NCBI RefSeq assembly: GCF_006345805.1
Contig: NC_043000.1
Location: forward strand, 162,006,001-162,070,000
Source of the DNA: Octopus sinensis
Taxonomy: Eukaryota
Direction: 5' to 3'
Length of the DNA: 64,000 nt
Position numbers and translations under genes: made by a program. The notes under the pieces are model-generated. The model was given only the letters and a program-made list of their open reading frames with translations, was not told the DNA's origin and searched no databases. Below, one piece after another: positions 1 through 11,799 of this stretch (positions are counted from its first letter, which is position 1; every line of letters starts with the position of its first letter).

Positions 1-600
1 CACCGGGTTTGGATGGTCTGCCTTACGAGATATATATTTCGATGTTTGGAGGCCTCTTACAAGATATTTACCGCAACTGGCTGCAGAATGGAAGAATTCC
101 CACTTTTGTCTGTTGAGGGGCGGTGGCACTGCTGAGAAAGGACCCAAACAAGAGGAACATTATAGAGAATTTCAGACTCTGCTCGAGGTGAGCGCAGAGC
201 GTTGTAACCATTCTGCTCGCCCTCGTTCAGTGCCGGTGTATTGCTGACTTGTGGGTGTATGTTAAAGATCTGTTGTCGCGTGTAGGGATCCGGCTATCTG
301 CTGAATCCATAGTGAAGATTACCCCACTTCCCTCCTTTAACTGGGAGGGGCACTCCTTTGATGGTATTTGAGATGCTAGGCCGGGAGGGGCAGACAAATT
401 TTATTTGTCTGGTGGCTGTAGCGAAAGCGGTAGTGTGGTGGACACGCTTGAAAGGACTAAAGACAGACACTTTCCTCTCATTTTATGTTGTTTTATGTAA
501 GCCCTTGTGGCTAATAAAGGAATTAATTGTTTCTATTTCTACACAAAGTTATTCATTGAACGTTTATTATCGTTTTATAGCTAAACCAGGATCTTGGGGA
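1..600 (+). mobile_element. Decayed L1/Tx1-like LINE fragment (RT N-terminal part fused to C-terminal Cys/His region)
   Basis: From 3: PGLDGLPYEIY...GRIP...VALLRKDPNK..IENFR, then CSR*..LVQC..IADLW.YV and LVAVAKAVVWWTR; contains stops. Confidence 0.7.
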
Positions 601-772
601 GCTGCTTAGGTTTCTCCATCTAAATTAAGATCTAAATTGGGGGCTTGTTTAGCAAATATACCCTCAATTATTGTTTTAAAAATGGGAGGTGTCGGAAAAG
701 GATTGTTCGTCTGCTGAAAAGAAGAGCCAGCTATCCGCAGAACTGAACAGCGAAATTGCAAAAGTCAGCGGT

Positions 773-870
773 AACAGCAGCAGCAGCAGCAGCAGCAACA
801 ACAACAACAACAACAACAACAACAGCAGCAGCAACAACAACAACAACAACAACAACAACAACGACGACGA

Positions 871-902
<32 letters not shown>

Positions 903-1032
903 CAACAACAACAACAACAACAACAACAACAGCAGCAGCAACAACAACAACAACAACAACAACAACAACGACGACGACAACAGCAGCAGCAGCAGCAGCA
1001 GCAACAACAACAACGACAACAGCAATAACAAC
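773..1032. repeat. Compound (CAG)n/(CAA)n/(CGA)n trinucleotide microsatellite
   Basis: Direct reading; source of several spurious poly-amino-acid ORFs. Confidence 0.97.
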
Positions 1033-1180
1033 ACAACACAAGAAAAGTATGAAGCTAATTTTCCGCTGCCAAAATTTCAACACTGATATTACCATCACAA
1101 GAATAACAAAAGAGAACAATGACAACAAGAAGCAACAACACAAGCAACAACAATGTCACCTCCATTGTTTCTTTAGTAAG

Positions 1181-2685
1181 GGGCACGCAACATCAGTTGT
1201 AGAGCACATGCAGTTCATTTTGTCCACCACTCCTAAGTCCGCTTGGATTGGGAAATCCCGCGGGATTTTCAATGTCTTCGACTCAGCTACTCTCTATGGC
1301 TTGTACCCATACCACGTCTTGTCTCTCTTTCTCTCTCTCTAACCCGCATATTTCACCAAGTTTTAGATGCAGCACTTCCGTTACCTCATCGTGTCGCCAC
1401 AGCTTATATTTGTTTTGGGATAGTCAAGGACACTCCTTCACAATATGAGCAATGCTTTCGTCAAATATATTAAAGATTTGGCACAATGAAGACGCTAGCT
1501 AATTTCTAAGGTTGCCCCCCCCCACCCAATATGTAACCAAAGCTTATTCTTGCGATGCCAGTATAGTGCTCTTAGTCTCCTTCTTTTAGTGTTCCGTTTT
1601 TTCAACCGGTCCCACCTACGCTATCCAGCAATTTCACTTATGACTACTTGGAATCGACTGTGTAGTCTATTATTGCGCAGTACTTCTTCCTAACCTTCTG
1701 GTACTTCTTGTTTTGTTCTTCTCTTTGTTCCTGTTTTCAATATGCCCTCATCTCAAACTTTTACTTAGAAGGTTTCCACACATTTCGTTAGACATCTCAG
1801 CAAGTTCCCATCTACAATATGCACGCAGTCTTCCACACTTATCACTCTCCTTCCTCTATTTGCTTTCTTCACGCGTAAGCGATCAATGTCTGCACGTGAA
1901 TGATGGGCTCCATGCTTGGTTAAGAGCTTTCTTGTTTTCCTGTCCGACTCCTTTAACTCATTCCCTGACCACTTCAGAATTCCAGCTCCATACCGAACCA
2001 CTGAGACTGCGCACGAGTTTATTGCCAAGATTATGTTTCTGACATTCAACTTTGAATCCAATGTCTTTATCACTCGCCGCATACACTCTGTCCTTTCTTT
2101 TGTATCATTATGGAAAATTCCATTTACCTCAAGTATTTCCCGATATTTATATCCGGATACAGGTTCAATTACCTTCATCATTTCACTTCTTGACATATAC
2201 CTGTTCTTACAAACATTTCTCGTCTCATTACCGTCACAGCACATTTTGAAAGTACAAACTCCATCTTAATATCATTCGAGAAAATCCAATTCTGCCTGGT
2301 TTTTTTTTTATGAACAACTAAATAGCAAGTGATTAAGTTTTCTTTTACCACTTCCTAGATCATATAACAACTTTGCTTCCGTAGTATATCACTCAAGGGA
2401 ATCATTTCCAGTAAAAAGATCAGTGGGAATACATCTTCCCCTGGAATATTCCTCTCCTAATTTTCACATCTCCTAACACCTGATGACCTGCTGTCAATTC
2501 AGTTCTCTGACATTTCATACGGTTCTATATAAGACATCGCGTGTTTTCTGCAACTTTATACATTTCTGTCGTTCTTGTTATCCGAGAGTGTGGTATCATG
2601 TCATAAGCTTTACAGTAATCAATCCATGCCTTGTTCAAATTTGTGTGCATTCTCTTGCAGTTTTTGATATGTTGTTGTTACAATT
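1181..2685 (-). mobile_element. Decayed R4/Dong-like non-LTR retrotransposon (RT, CCHC, start of restriction-like endonuclease)
   Basis: Minus-strand motifs AWIDYCKAYDMIPHS, RRGIFQG, KLNHLLF, AINSCAVSVVRYGAG, DRKTRKLLTKHGAHH.RADIDRL, ESIAHIV.ECP, RHDEV, DFPIQ, DVACP; many frameshifts. Confidence 0.8.
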
Positions 2686-2728
2686 TAGTATATTATAATT
2701 AATTGTAATAATAACCGTCAATATATAA

Positions 2729-3119
2729 GGTGACGAGTTGGCAGAATCGTTAGCACACCAGGCGAAATGCTTAGTGGTATTTCATCTGCCGCTACCTTCT
2801 GTGTTCAAATTCCGCCGAGGTTGACTTAGCCTTTCATCCTTTCGAGGTCGATTAAATAAGTACCAGTTACGCACTGGGGTCGATATAATCGACTTAATCC
2901 CTTTGTCCCCTCTGTGTTTAGCCCCTTGTGGGTAGTAAAGAAATAGGTATTTCATCTGCCGCTACGTTCTGAATTCAAATTCCGCCGAGGTCGACTTTGC
3001 CTTTCATCCTTTCGGGGTCGATTAAATAAGTACCAGTTACGCACTGGGGTCGATGAATTCGACTTAGTCCCTTTGTTTGTCCCCTCTATGCTTAGCCCCT
3101 TGTGGGCAATAAAGAATTA
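2729..3119 (+). mobile_element. tRNA-headed SINE family A, dimeric copy
   Basis: One head (tggcagaatcgttagc) and two ~180-bp bodies containing gttcaaattcc and gtcgactttgcctttcatcctttcggggtcga; flanked by AATATATAA at 2720-2728 and 3120-3128. Confidence 0.85.
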
Positions 3120-3820
3120 AATATATAAATTTTTTTTTTTTACTGAAATATTCTTCATTAGATATACATCTTCCACAATTTTACGATAATTTAAGTTAAT
3201 TTCTTCAAACTCATTCTTTAAGTTTTGTTAGCTTTTACAGAGTAACTGCAATATTTTTCTGCGTTTTGCCTGCCAAGAAAGCAAGAGAGACTGAGAGTGA
3301 TATATGGCATTCGTGTTAGTCTACTTTCGTTAAAAATATTTAGTCTGTTTACTGAGGTTTTATAGCAGTTAAACTCTATCAATATATTACTCGCAACCCT
3401 CGTCCCGCTATTAAGTTACGAATGGTTTAGACGCTACGTGCTGGATACATTTCTTATATAACATCGGTTAGTAATATAACAAGGTTGACTGCTAAACTAG
3501 TTTACTAACTAATGAAAACATAATATGCTAACAGCATAGTTCTTTTTTTAATCCGACCTCGAAAGCTGCTGTTTTCATGTACAAATACACACTTGCATAC
3601 AAGTAAATGTGTGTATATCTACATAAATACACACACACACACGCGCGCAGAGGCATGGACATATATATGTTTATGGATGTATACAGACATACATACGTGT
3701 GTGTGTGTGTGTGTAGGTGCGTAATATGTATCGGCGTACATCATTAATTATGTATGTATATAATATATTCTTGTATATACATAAAAATACATGTACACAC
3801 AAGCATACACACATATACGC

Positions 3821-3867
3821 ATGTATGTATGTATGTATGTATGTATGTATGTATGTATGTATGTATG

Positions 3868-3901
<34 letters not shown>

Positions 3902-4025
3902 TGTATGTATGTATGTGTGTATGTATGTGTGTATGTATGTACGTATGTACGTATGTATGTACGTATGTATGTATGTATGTATGTATGTATGTGTGTATGT
4001 ATGTGTGTATGTATGTATGTATTTA

Positions 4026-4056
<31 letters not shown>

Positions 4057-4288
4057 ATGTATGTATGTATGTATGTGTGTATGTATGTATGTATGTATGT
4101 ATGTATGTATGTGTGTGTATGTATGTATGTATGTATGTATGTATGTATGTATGTATGTATATATGTATGTTTGTATGTATGCATGCATGTATGTATGTAT
4201 GTATGTATGTATGTATGTATGTATGTATGTATGTATGTATGTATGTGTGTATGTATGTATGTATGTATGTATGTATGTGTGTGTGTGT
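3821..4288. repeat. (ATGT)n microsatellite with (GT) interruptions
   Basis: Direct reading. Confidence 0.97.
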
Positions 4289-4294
4289 ATGATT

Positions 4295-4520
4295 GTTTCG
4301 CATGATCATTGAAATAAAACCGTGCTGAAGCAGCTCCTGTATTCTGGCGGAGCCGTAAAAGCATACCCTTGGGGGTAGTTCAGTTATTTATTGATTGTAA
4401 GATATTTCAAATGATTTCGTTGCAACTCAGTAAATTTCTCCCTGAGTTCTCCGTGGACGACTAATTTTCTGAAAGTCTTCTTTATATGTTAGTAATCTTA
4501 CTGGGGGAATGGTAGTGTGT
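4295..4520 (-). mobile_element. Possible PLE N-terminal ORF remnant
   Basis: KFTELQRNHLKYL...INN*TTPKGMLLRL resembles the H..FL..C....PKG..L motif of PLE N-termini; short and decayed. Confidence 0.3.
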
Positions 4521-5234
4521 TCATTGTACAAATATGCGTAGGTGCATATTTATATGGGTATGTGTTCGTTGTCTTGGACTTCTGGTAGGTGAACTCGTGC
4601 GGGTGTATAACAGGGGTGCTGCAAAGTTTTTTGTACTGGTTAAATGTCCTTCTGCGTATGCATTCACGTATGTTTTTTTTCACACAGGTCCTCGAATTCC
4701 ACCACACTACATGATTTCAGATCCGAAAGTTTTAGCAAATGCAAACACACGGAAAAGGTTTCTTTTGCCGAACTTGAAGGACATCACCCACGCCGGACCG
4801 AGCAGATATCTCACAGACTTGGTCACCTTCCACTTTTATTATTCTACACCAGCTGCACTAATTATGGTTTCTGCAGTGAAAGAGGACAAAGATCTCAATT
4901 TACCTACTTTTCTTCTCTTTCTCTCCTCGTTCCACTTTCTCTATCAACATTCTTCACGTTTTTTTTCCTCTCTTTTTTTTTTGTTCTCGTTTTTTCTTAT
5001 GTTTCCTCATAGTCCAGTGTCCTGCTTTTTAAATATATCATATATCTAATGTATGATCAACCTGAAAGTTTGTTCATAGATACATGATATGTTATATAAA
5101 TCTGACAATTTAATGTCTCTTAAAAGCATGAAACTATTACTATCTCTTTTGTAATTGCGTATATCGAATGATATTTATCTCTTAGTTGCTGGAGTCCTTT
5201 TTTTTTATTTTCCTACCTATATTCGAACAGTAAG

Positions 5235-5235
<1 letters not shown>

Positions 5236-5295
<60 letters not shown>

Positions 5296-5444
5296 TAGAA
5301 AAAAAACACCTTTTATCAATTCAACAATGAAATAATTAAATTATACCATTTAGAAAAAAATTAAATATAAGATAAAAACATATGTGCTTGTTGATGTGCT
5401 TGTTAATCTGAAGTTTTCTCCATATACTGATGATGATGATATAT

Positions 5445-5498
<54 letters not shown>

Positions 5499-5531
5499 CA
5501 TACATACATATTATGGCTGCCCCACATATAC

Positions 5532-5582
<51 letters not shown>

Positions 5583-5857
5583 CATATATATGCATGTATA
5601 TATGTATATATATATATATGCATGTATATATATGTATATATATATGCATGTATATATGTGTATATATATATGCATGTATTATATTTATATATATATATGT
5701 ATGCATATATATACATATATATATATACATATATATACATATATATGTATATATATATATATGTGTATGTATGTATGTATGCATATATATATGTATGTAT
5801 GTATGCATATATACATGTATTTATATATGCATGTATTTATATTTATATATATATGTA

Positions 5858-5897
<40 letters not shown>

Positions 5898-5955
5898 TAT
5901 ATACATATCTATATGTATATATGTATGTATGTATTTATATATGTATGTATATGTA
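5236..5955. repeat. (AT)n/(ATAC)n microsatellite field with an embedded ~150-bp AT-rich interspersed module
   Basis: Direct reading; module at ~5290-5400 matches one arm of the 48292-48614 palindrome. Confidence 0.9.
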
Positions 5956-6072
5956 AAAGAAGAAGGGTGTATAATTGTGAATAAATCACGATTATAACGA
6001 AGAAGGTTATAAAAACCCTTATATGTTAAGCCCCCAAGATATGTTTTTGTGTTAATTTGTATTCATAGGAAT

Positions 6073-6135
6073 GCTTCCCTGACGAGAAGAATGAATATAT
6101 TTTAGGTTCGTAACTTCGAAATTGCAACAAAGGAC
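6073..6135 (+). ncRNA. Degenerate type I hammerhead ribozyme motif
   Basis: CTGACGA, GAAG..CTTC, GAA, ATTGCAAC, A; stem I and U16.1 are broken. Confidence 0.5.
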
Positions 6136-6447
6136 TAACTTTTATTTAAATTTTAATTTTGAATTTTTATGTCATGTCTCTTGCCGACAGCTTTTATTGT
6201 TGAGGAGACATAATATGAGTGTTTATAGTGGCTTTATAACGGTTTTGACTGCTATTTCTAGACATGTAGGTGATTTTATAACCCTCTCCGTTATAATTGA
6301 GATTTTTTCGCAATTATACACTATTCTTGTATGAAAAAAGTGTTTGGTTGCATGTTCTGGCCACTGATATATTCGTTAATAATTTTCACTTGCTTGTGAT
6401 ATATCCTGCGTTATGTATTTTTACATTCATTCCTCTTTTATTATTCA

Positions 6448-6755
6448 CTAGCAGTATCGCCCGGCGTTGCTCGGGTTTGTAAGGCAAATAACTATATAAG
6501 CATATATGAGATTTAATAAATTTTTAGAGAGTTACTTCCCTTATATATGCCAAAAATGCATTAAAAATGGGAAAATTGATGGTAATTTTTTTTTAAATCG
6601 TGGACTCATCGTAGACGCGCGCTAATACCCAGAAGGGCTCGATATGAATCACGACTATAAGATACCCGGTTTTGGTTAAACTGCACCGCAAAATGTGGGA
6701 GTAGTTAGGAATCTAAATCGTAGGAGACAGACAACCTCACTTTTATATATAAAGA
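6448..6755 (-). mobile_element. Non-autonomous Helitron
   Basis: Minus strand A|TCTTTATATATAAAAG...CCCGAGCAACGCCGGG hairpin...CTAG|T. Confidence 0.85.
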
Positions 6756-6941
6756 TTATTCACTCATATCCAGTTTTTCGCCGTGGCTCTTTTAACTTGT
6801 CCATTCTTATGTTCGCTGTGCATGAGGTTTCAATTCAGAATTTTAATTGTGTAGATGAATGTTGCCACATTATTCTTGCTGGTCGGGACACATGTTAAGC
6901 CCCAAGTTATGTTTTTTGTGTTAATTTCTATGTACAGAAAT

Positions 6942-7004
6942 GTTCACCTGACGAGAAGAAAGAATCTACTTTTGGATCCTAACTTCGAAATTGCAATAGA
7001 GGAC
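6942..7004 (+). ncRNA. Type I hammerhead ribozyme motif (canonical core)
   Basis: GTTCAC, CTGACGA, GAAG[24 nt]CTTC, GAA, palindromic ATTGCAAT, A17, GAGGAC; stem I pairs 5/6. Confidence 0.72.
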
Positions 7005-7296
7005 TAACCATTTATCTTTATTTAAATTTTGAAGTTTTATGGCATGTCGCTCGTTGACAGCTTTTATTGTTGAGGAGATATAATATGAGTGTTTATAGTG
7101 GCTTTGACTGCTATTTCTAGCAGTAGGTTTGACTGCTATTTCTAGACATGTGATGGTGATTTATTCACTATTATATACTATTGTTTTATGAAGAAATATT
7201 TTGATTGCATGTTCTGGCGACTGATATATTCATAAATAATTTTGAATTTTTTTACGATAATCCTTCATAATGGATTTTTACATTCATTCCTCTTTT

Positions 7297-7373
7297 ATAT
7301 ATATATATATACATCTATGCATATGTGTGTGTGATGTGAGAGTGTGTCCGTATGTATGTATATATGTATATGT

Positions 7374-7438
<65 letters not shown>

Positions 7439-7460
7439 GTATATATATATATATTATATA

Positions 7461-7520
<60 letters not shown>

Positions 7521-7559
7521 ATGTATGTATTTATATACATATATATTTATGTATGCATG

Positions 7560-7609
<50 letters not shown>

Positions 7610-7632
7610 CATATATATATACATATATATAT

Positions 7633-7705
<73 letters not shown>
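7297..7705. repeat. (AT)n/(ATGT)n microsatellite
   Basis: Direct reading. Confidence 0.95.
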
Positions 7706-7707
<2 letters not shown>

Positions 7708-7708
7708 G

Positions 7709-8680
7709 TACATAGGCCAAACAAAAAATGGTTTGCGTAAACGAATGGCCCTGCACAGATCCCAGATAAAAATTCCCCAAAACAGAAAAATAGCTTTTAG
7801 CCAACACATAGATACTTGCGCCAACAAAAAACACCAAACTTCAGGATTTTCCCCCTCTACCAATTTAGGGACGATACAACCTCGAGACAACGAATAAGTA
7901 AAGAAAATCTCTTTATTACAAAATACAGGCCACTTCTTAACGGGTCTACGACAAACAATTAATATACCTCAACTTTAGAATAAAAGAAATATATACACAC
8001 ACAAATATTACATTCCATAGAATCCATTACTAATCAGCCCCATCACAGCTATACTTTCACCCATTCATATTCTCCCTTCTCTGTTTTTTTCTTCTTCTTC
8101 CTCTTCTTCTTCATCATCATCATTATCATCATCATCGTCATCATCATCATCACCACCATCATCATCATCATCTTCTCCTTCTCCTTCTTCTTCTTCTTCT
8201 TCATCATCATCATCATCATCAACATCGTCATCTTCTTCTTCTTCCACTTCTCCACCTTCTACCCCTTAATCTTGTCACTAATGCCTTTCAGTATAACGCC
8301 TACGAAAATTCCATAAACAATTCCTGAATTGAACTGCGACTGCTGTCCGCCACTGACCATTCAAAATACGACCATTAAGGCATTCCCAGATTTCCCCACC
8401 CCCTCGCCACATCAGCCTTCTGCTTCTCCTACCCTACCAAGAACTCACAACGACCTCGAACACACAAGTGCAAACAAGGGAGTCAGAGAAAGGCAGAATG
8501 CCACTTATATCTGAACACTACTATAGAAATATTCCTTTTAAAAAAACTTTTCTTCTAATTTTTCTAAATTTAATTATTTAATCGTTACAGTTGAAAAGGT
8601 CTCAAAATGACCGAAACCGGTACTGAAAGATTCACTATAAAATTATCTTAGCATTTTCTATTTTTGACTTGTTTTTTCAT
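7709..8680 (+). mobile_element. PLE 3' fragment: GIY-YIG C-terminal half plus terminal repeat with internal (TCA/TCT)n
   Basis: [20 protein letters not shown]...FSQHIDTC, then [11 protein letters not shown]...[14 protein letters not shown]; terminal region shared with 8790-9270 and 21640-22310. Confidence 0.8.
8580..8632 (+). ncRNA. Minimal type I hammerhead motif with U3-A8 core
   Basis: CAG, TTGAAAA, GGTC[TCAAAAT]GACC, GAA, ACCGGT, A17, CTG; outer AATC/GATT pairing. Confidence 0.72.
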
Positions 8681-8751
8681 ATATACATATATATACGTAT
8701 ACATACATACATACATACATACATACATACATACATACATACATACATACA

Positions 8752-8787
<36 letters not shown>

Positions 8788-8789
8788 TA

Positions 8790-9270
8790 TGGGGAAAAGT
8801 CAAGGTAGAAAATGCTAAAATAATTTTATAAAAACCATTTCAGTACCGGTTTCAGTCATTGAGACTTTTTCAACTGTATGGAAAACAATTAAATTTTGGA
8901 AAAATTAAAAGAAAATTTTTTTAAAAGAATATTTGCATAGCATTCAAATACAAGTGGAATTTTCCTTGTTACTGCCTGTCTCTGTCTCTCTTGTTTACTC
9001 TGGTGGTTTCGAGGTCGTTGTGAATTCATGGTAAGGAAGAAGAAGAAGAAGAAGAAGAAGAAGAAGAAGAAGAAGAAGAAGAAGAAGAAGAAGAAGAAGA
9101 AGAAGAAGAAGAAGAAGAAGAAGAAGAAGAAGAAGAAGAAGAATGCGGGAGTGCCATGATAGTAGTATGTTAAATGGTTAAGTGGCCTAAAAGTGACCTG
9201 TTGTGGATGGTAGTAGTTATTGAATTCTTGAGACATCTCTTTTGAATGTTTTGTTTATAAAATTTGCGTT
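8790..9270 (-). mobile_element. PLE terminal-repeat copy, inverted relative to 7709-8680, with internal (TTC)n
   Basis: Reverse complement aligns by eye with ~8290-8680 and with 21640-22100. Confidence 0.8.
8835..8881 (-). ncRNA. Minimal type I hammerhead motif with U3-A8 core
   Basis: Minus: CCAT A CAG, TTGAAAA, AGTC[TCAAT]GACT, GAA, ACCGGT, A17, CTG AA ATGG. Confidence 0.72.
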
Positions 9271-11790
9271 GGTTTTTTGGTAAAATATTAAAAAACTGTG
9301 GGCCCCGGAAACCCAAGCTGTTCCAGTAACTGGTCCTGAAGCACGATGGCATAGCTGGGATCTTTGGCACTGTACAGTGTCGTCCCGTTCTGGCATTTGT
9401 GTAGCTTTCAATGCCAAAATTTGGCACAATCCCTTCCAGAACCTTCCAGAAGTATATTACTGCATATCTCTACCGCCTTCGTTCCAGAGAGTAGAGTGTT
9501 AGCTCTCTTCAGCTTTTTCCAGTAGCTGAGCTGTTGAGATGATCTTCATTGTGAAGCTTCGCTGGATTGCTTCAAGGTCCGCTGTTAATTTTACACTGTG
9601 GGATGACCATAGCTTGGAGCAATAATCCAGGCAGCTGAGGACGAATGTCCTCCAGTGTACCATCATGATTTCCTTCTCGCTGATTCTGAAGGTTCTCAGG
9701 ATCCATCCAGTCAGTCGTCTGCAATTTGTCACCATCCCGGTAATATTCACTTGGAAAGAGGTATCATCACTCATCAATACCCAGGTTCCGCACTGATTTA
9801 GGCTCTGGGATTGTAATCCCCTGTGGACCAGTGTACCCAGTAAGTTGGACGCTGGTAACGCAGGGCTTGGAATTTTTCAGCATTAAACTGCATATTATTG
9901 TTCTAAGCCCATCTATAAACTGAGTTCAACTCCTGTTGCATGTGTACAATGTCGCTGGGGTTCTGTATTTTCTGCGCGACTTTCGTTTCTGCGTAGCTAG
10001 CTAGGGTGGCTACCCGGGTAGCTGGTGGCATTTCTGAGAGGGCCACTATGAAAAGCGATGGTCCCAAGATAATGCCCTGTGGAACACCACTCCCTATTTG
10101 TTTTCTTTGAGGTGGCTCCACTGGCCACTACTGCCTGACTTCTATCTTTCAGAACTTTCCAAGTTTTCCAGCTATGCCAAGATGACGCAGTTTGTGACAT
10201 ATCATACCATGATCCATTTTATCAAAAGCTTTTGCAAAGTCAAGTTATATTAGGTCCACATTTGAGTTGTTGAGTAACTACCTCAATACTAGTCATAGTG
10301 CTGTAAGAGCTTGGTCAGGCAGCACCTACCTGGTCGAAAGCCATGTTGAGTATCACTCAGCAAATCGTTTTCTTCAAGGAATGCGAATAGTTTCCCTCTG
10401 ACTATCCGTTCCATGACTTTGCTGATGTGTGAGGTCAGAGAGATAGGTTTATAATTTTTGGCATCTGCTCTGCTTCCTCCTTTATGGATTGGGCATATTG
10501 TTCCCTCCTTCAGTTTGCTTGGCAGCCTGCCATTTGCATGAAAGTTCTGGATGAGTATCTGTAGTGGTTTCGCCAGGGCACGCTTACATGATTTGAGGAG
10601 GATTGCTGGGAAACCATCAGGACCAACAGTTGAGTTTGCGTCCACCTCATCTATGACTTGTATATCTTCTTCACTAATGTCGATGTTATCCATCGTATCT
10701 GCCTTGCTGGCATTCACTTAAGCATAGGGCTTGAGTGAATGCAGCAAGGTCTTTCAAGAAATTTCTTTTGTTGTGATGCAACAAGCCTCAAACATTTAGT
10801 AAAAATATTAACGTGACGACCGTGTTAGTGTTAGAGGAGACCATCCCGTGTTTGTTGATTGTGGTGGTCTTGCGTAGTGGTGAGCAAGGTTCCGTGTTTG
10901 CGCTTAATGTAACCAGGTCAGCTGCTGCATAATCTTTTGCTCCATGCTCAAAAAGACACTTGCTCAGCTGCTGCTTTTCGTATAACATCTGAAGAGCGCA
11001 CCGCATCTGCGTCCTTCCTTTTTGGAGACGATTGGCGCCTTTCCTCTGGCAAGTATTTCTCCTTAAGGTCCTTGCAGTTTTTGCATGGTTTCAGGTGAGC
11101 AAACCAGCAATTTGTATCGTCTTCCTCTTGCCAACATTAGCCTTGCAGATAGAATTTGCACACCCTCGTCTTCACTCCAAATTTTTTCTCTCCTCTAGAG
11201 TTTCGGATTCCATAGCAGCCTTCATATATTTTTGTTTTTTGTTTTATGGTTTGGGGTTTCAGCTTGATTTCAATTGTTTCATCTTTTCCTTTTCTTTCTT
11301 CTCCTTTTTCTTTTTTATGCTTTTGCTTGTGGTCTTTCTTTCCTTTACTGGTGGTAGCCCATGCATTCCTTTGGTTGTCCATAGGAGTGAGCATTCTATT
11401 CTTTTGTGGGACCACTGGCACAGAGGAACTTTTAATTGTTCCTTTGTCCTTATCAGCCCGGTTGTTCACAGGGGTGGGGGATCCATTCTTTTGTGGGACC
11501 ACTGGATCAAAGAGACTTCTGGTTCTTGCTTCATTTTCCCTGTTCTAACCAGCTTGCCACAGTAGATTTCCATGATGATATTAAGAGTGTCAATGTGTGG
11601 TTTAATAAGGGCATAGGATCGGTTGAATCCGTTTTTCTTCCGCTCTATCTTCTCAATGGTTGTACAGAAACCATTGTTCTTCAGTGTAGCAGTAATGATG
11701 TTGTTTGGAGGGTGGCCGCTAGCAATCGTCCAAGCTCGCAACAGAAGATTCAATTCTTTGCTCTCCCACTTTGATGCCATCTTCGTTTTC
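9271..11790 (-). mobile_element. Decayed CR1-like LINE: ORF1, APE stub, RT and 3' region, internally deleted
   Basis: ATG at 11780; CCCH motif 11160-11095; NV*GLL..K.NFLKDL...LCLSE at ~10796-10713; GPDGFPAILLK, NYKPISLTS, QHGFRPGR, DFAKAFDK, GVPQG, LDYCSKLW, LGFRGPQFFNILPK. Confidence 0.85.
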
Positions 11791-11799
11791 TAAGCCAAG

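Larger units (their letters stand above)
6022..7297 (+). repeat. Two diverged ~410-bp direct repeats (6022-6440, 6891-7297), each carrying a hammerhead motif
   Basis: Colinear similarity, e.g. gttaagcccc(c)aag...ctgacgagaagaa...cttcgaaattgcaa...gaggaga(c/t)ataatatgagtgtttatagtggcttt...cattcattcctctttta. Confidence 0.85.

Noticed and set aside
676-1342. Long poly-Q/N/T/A/C/V ORFs in the track, and all YI/CV/HT/LS-repeat ORFs elsewhere
   Set aside because: They are stop-free readings of microsatellites, open in several frames and strands, with no domain content
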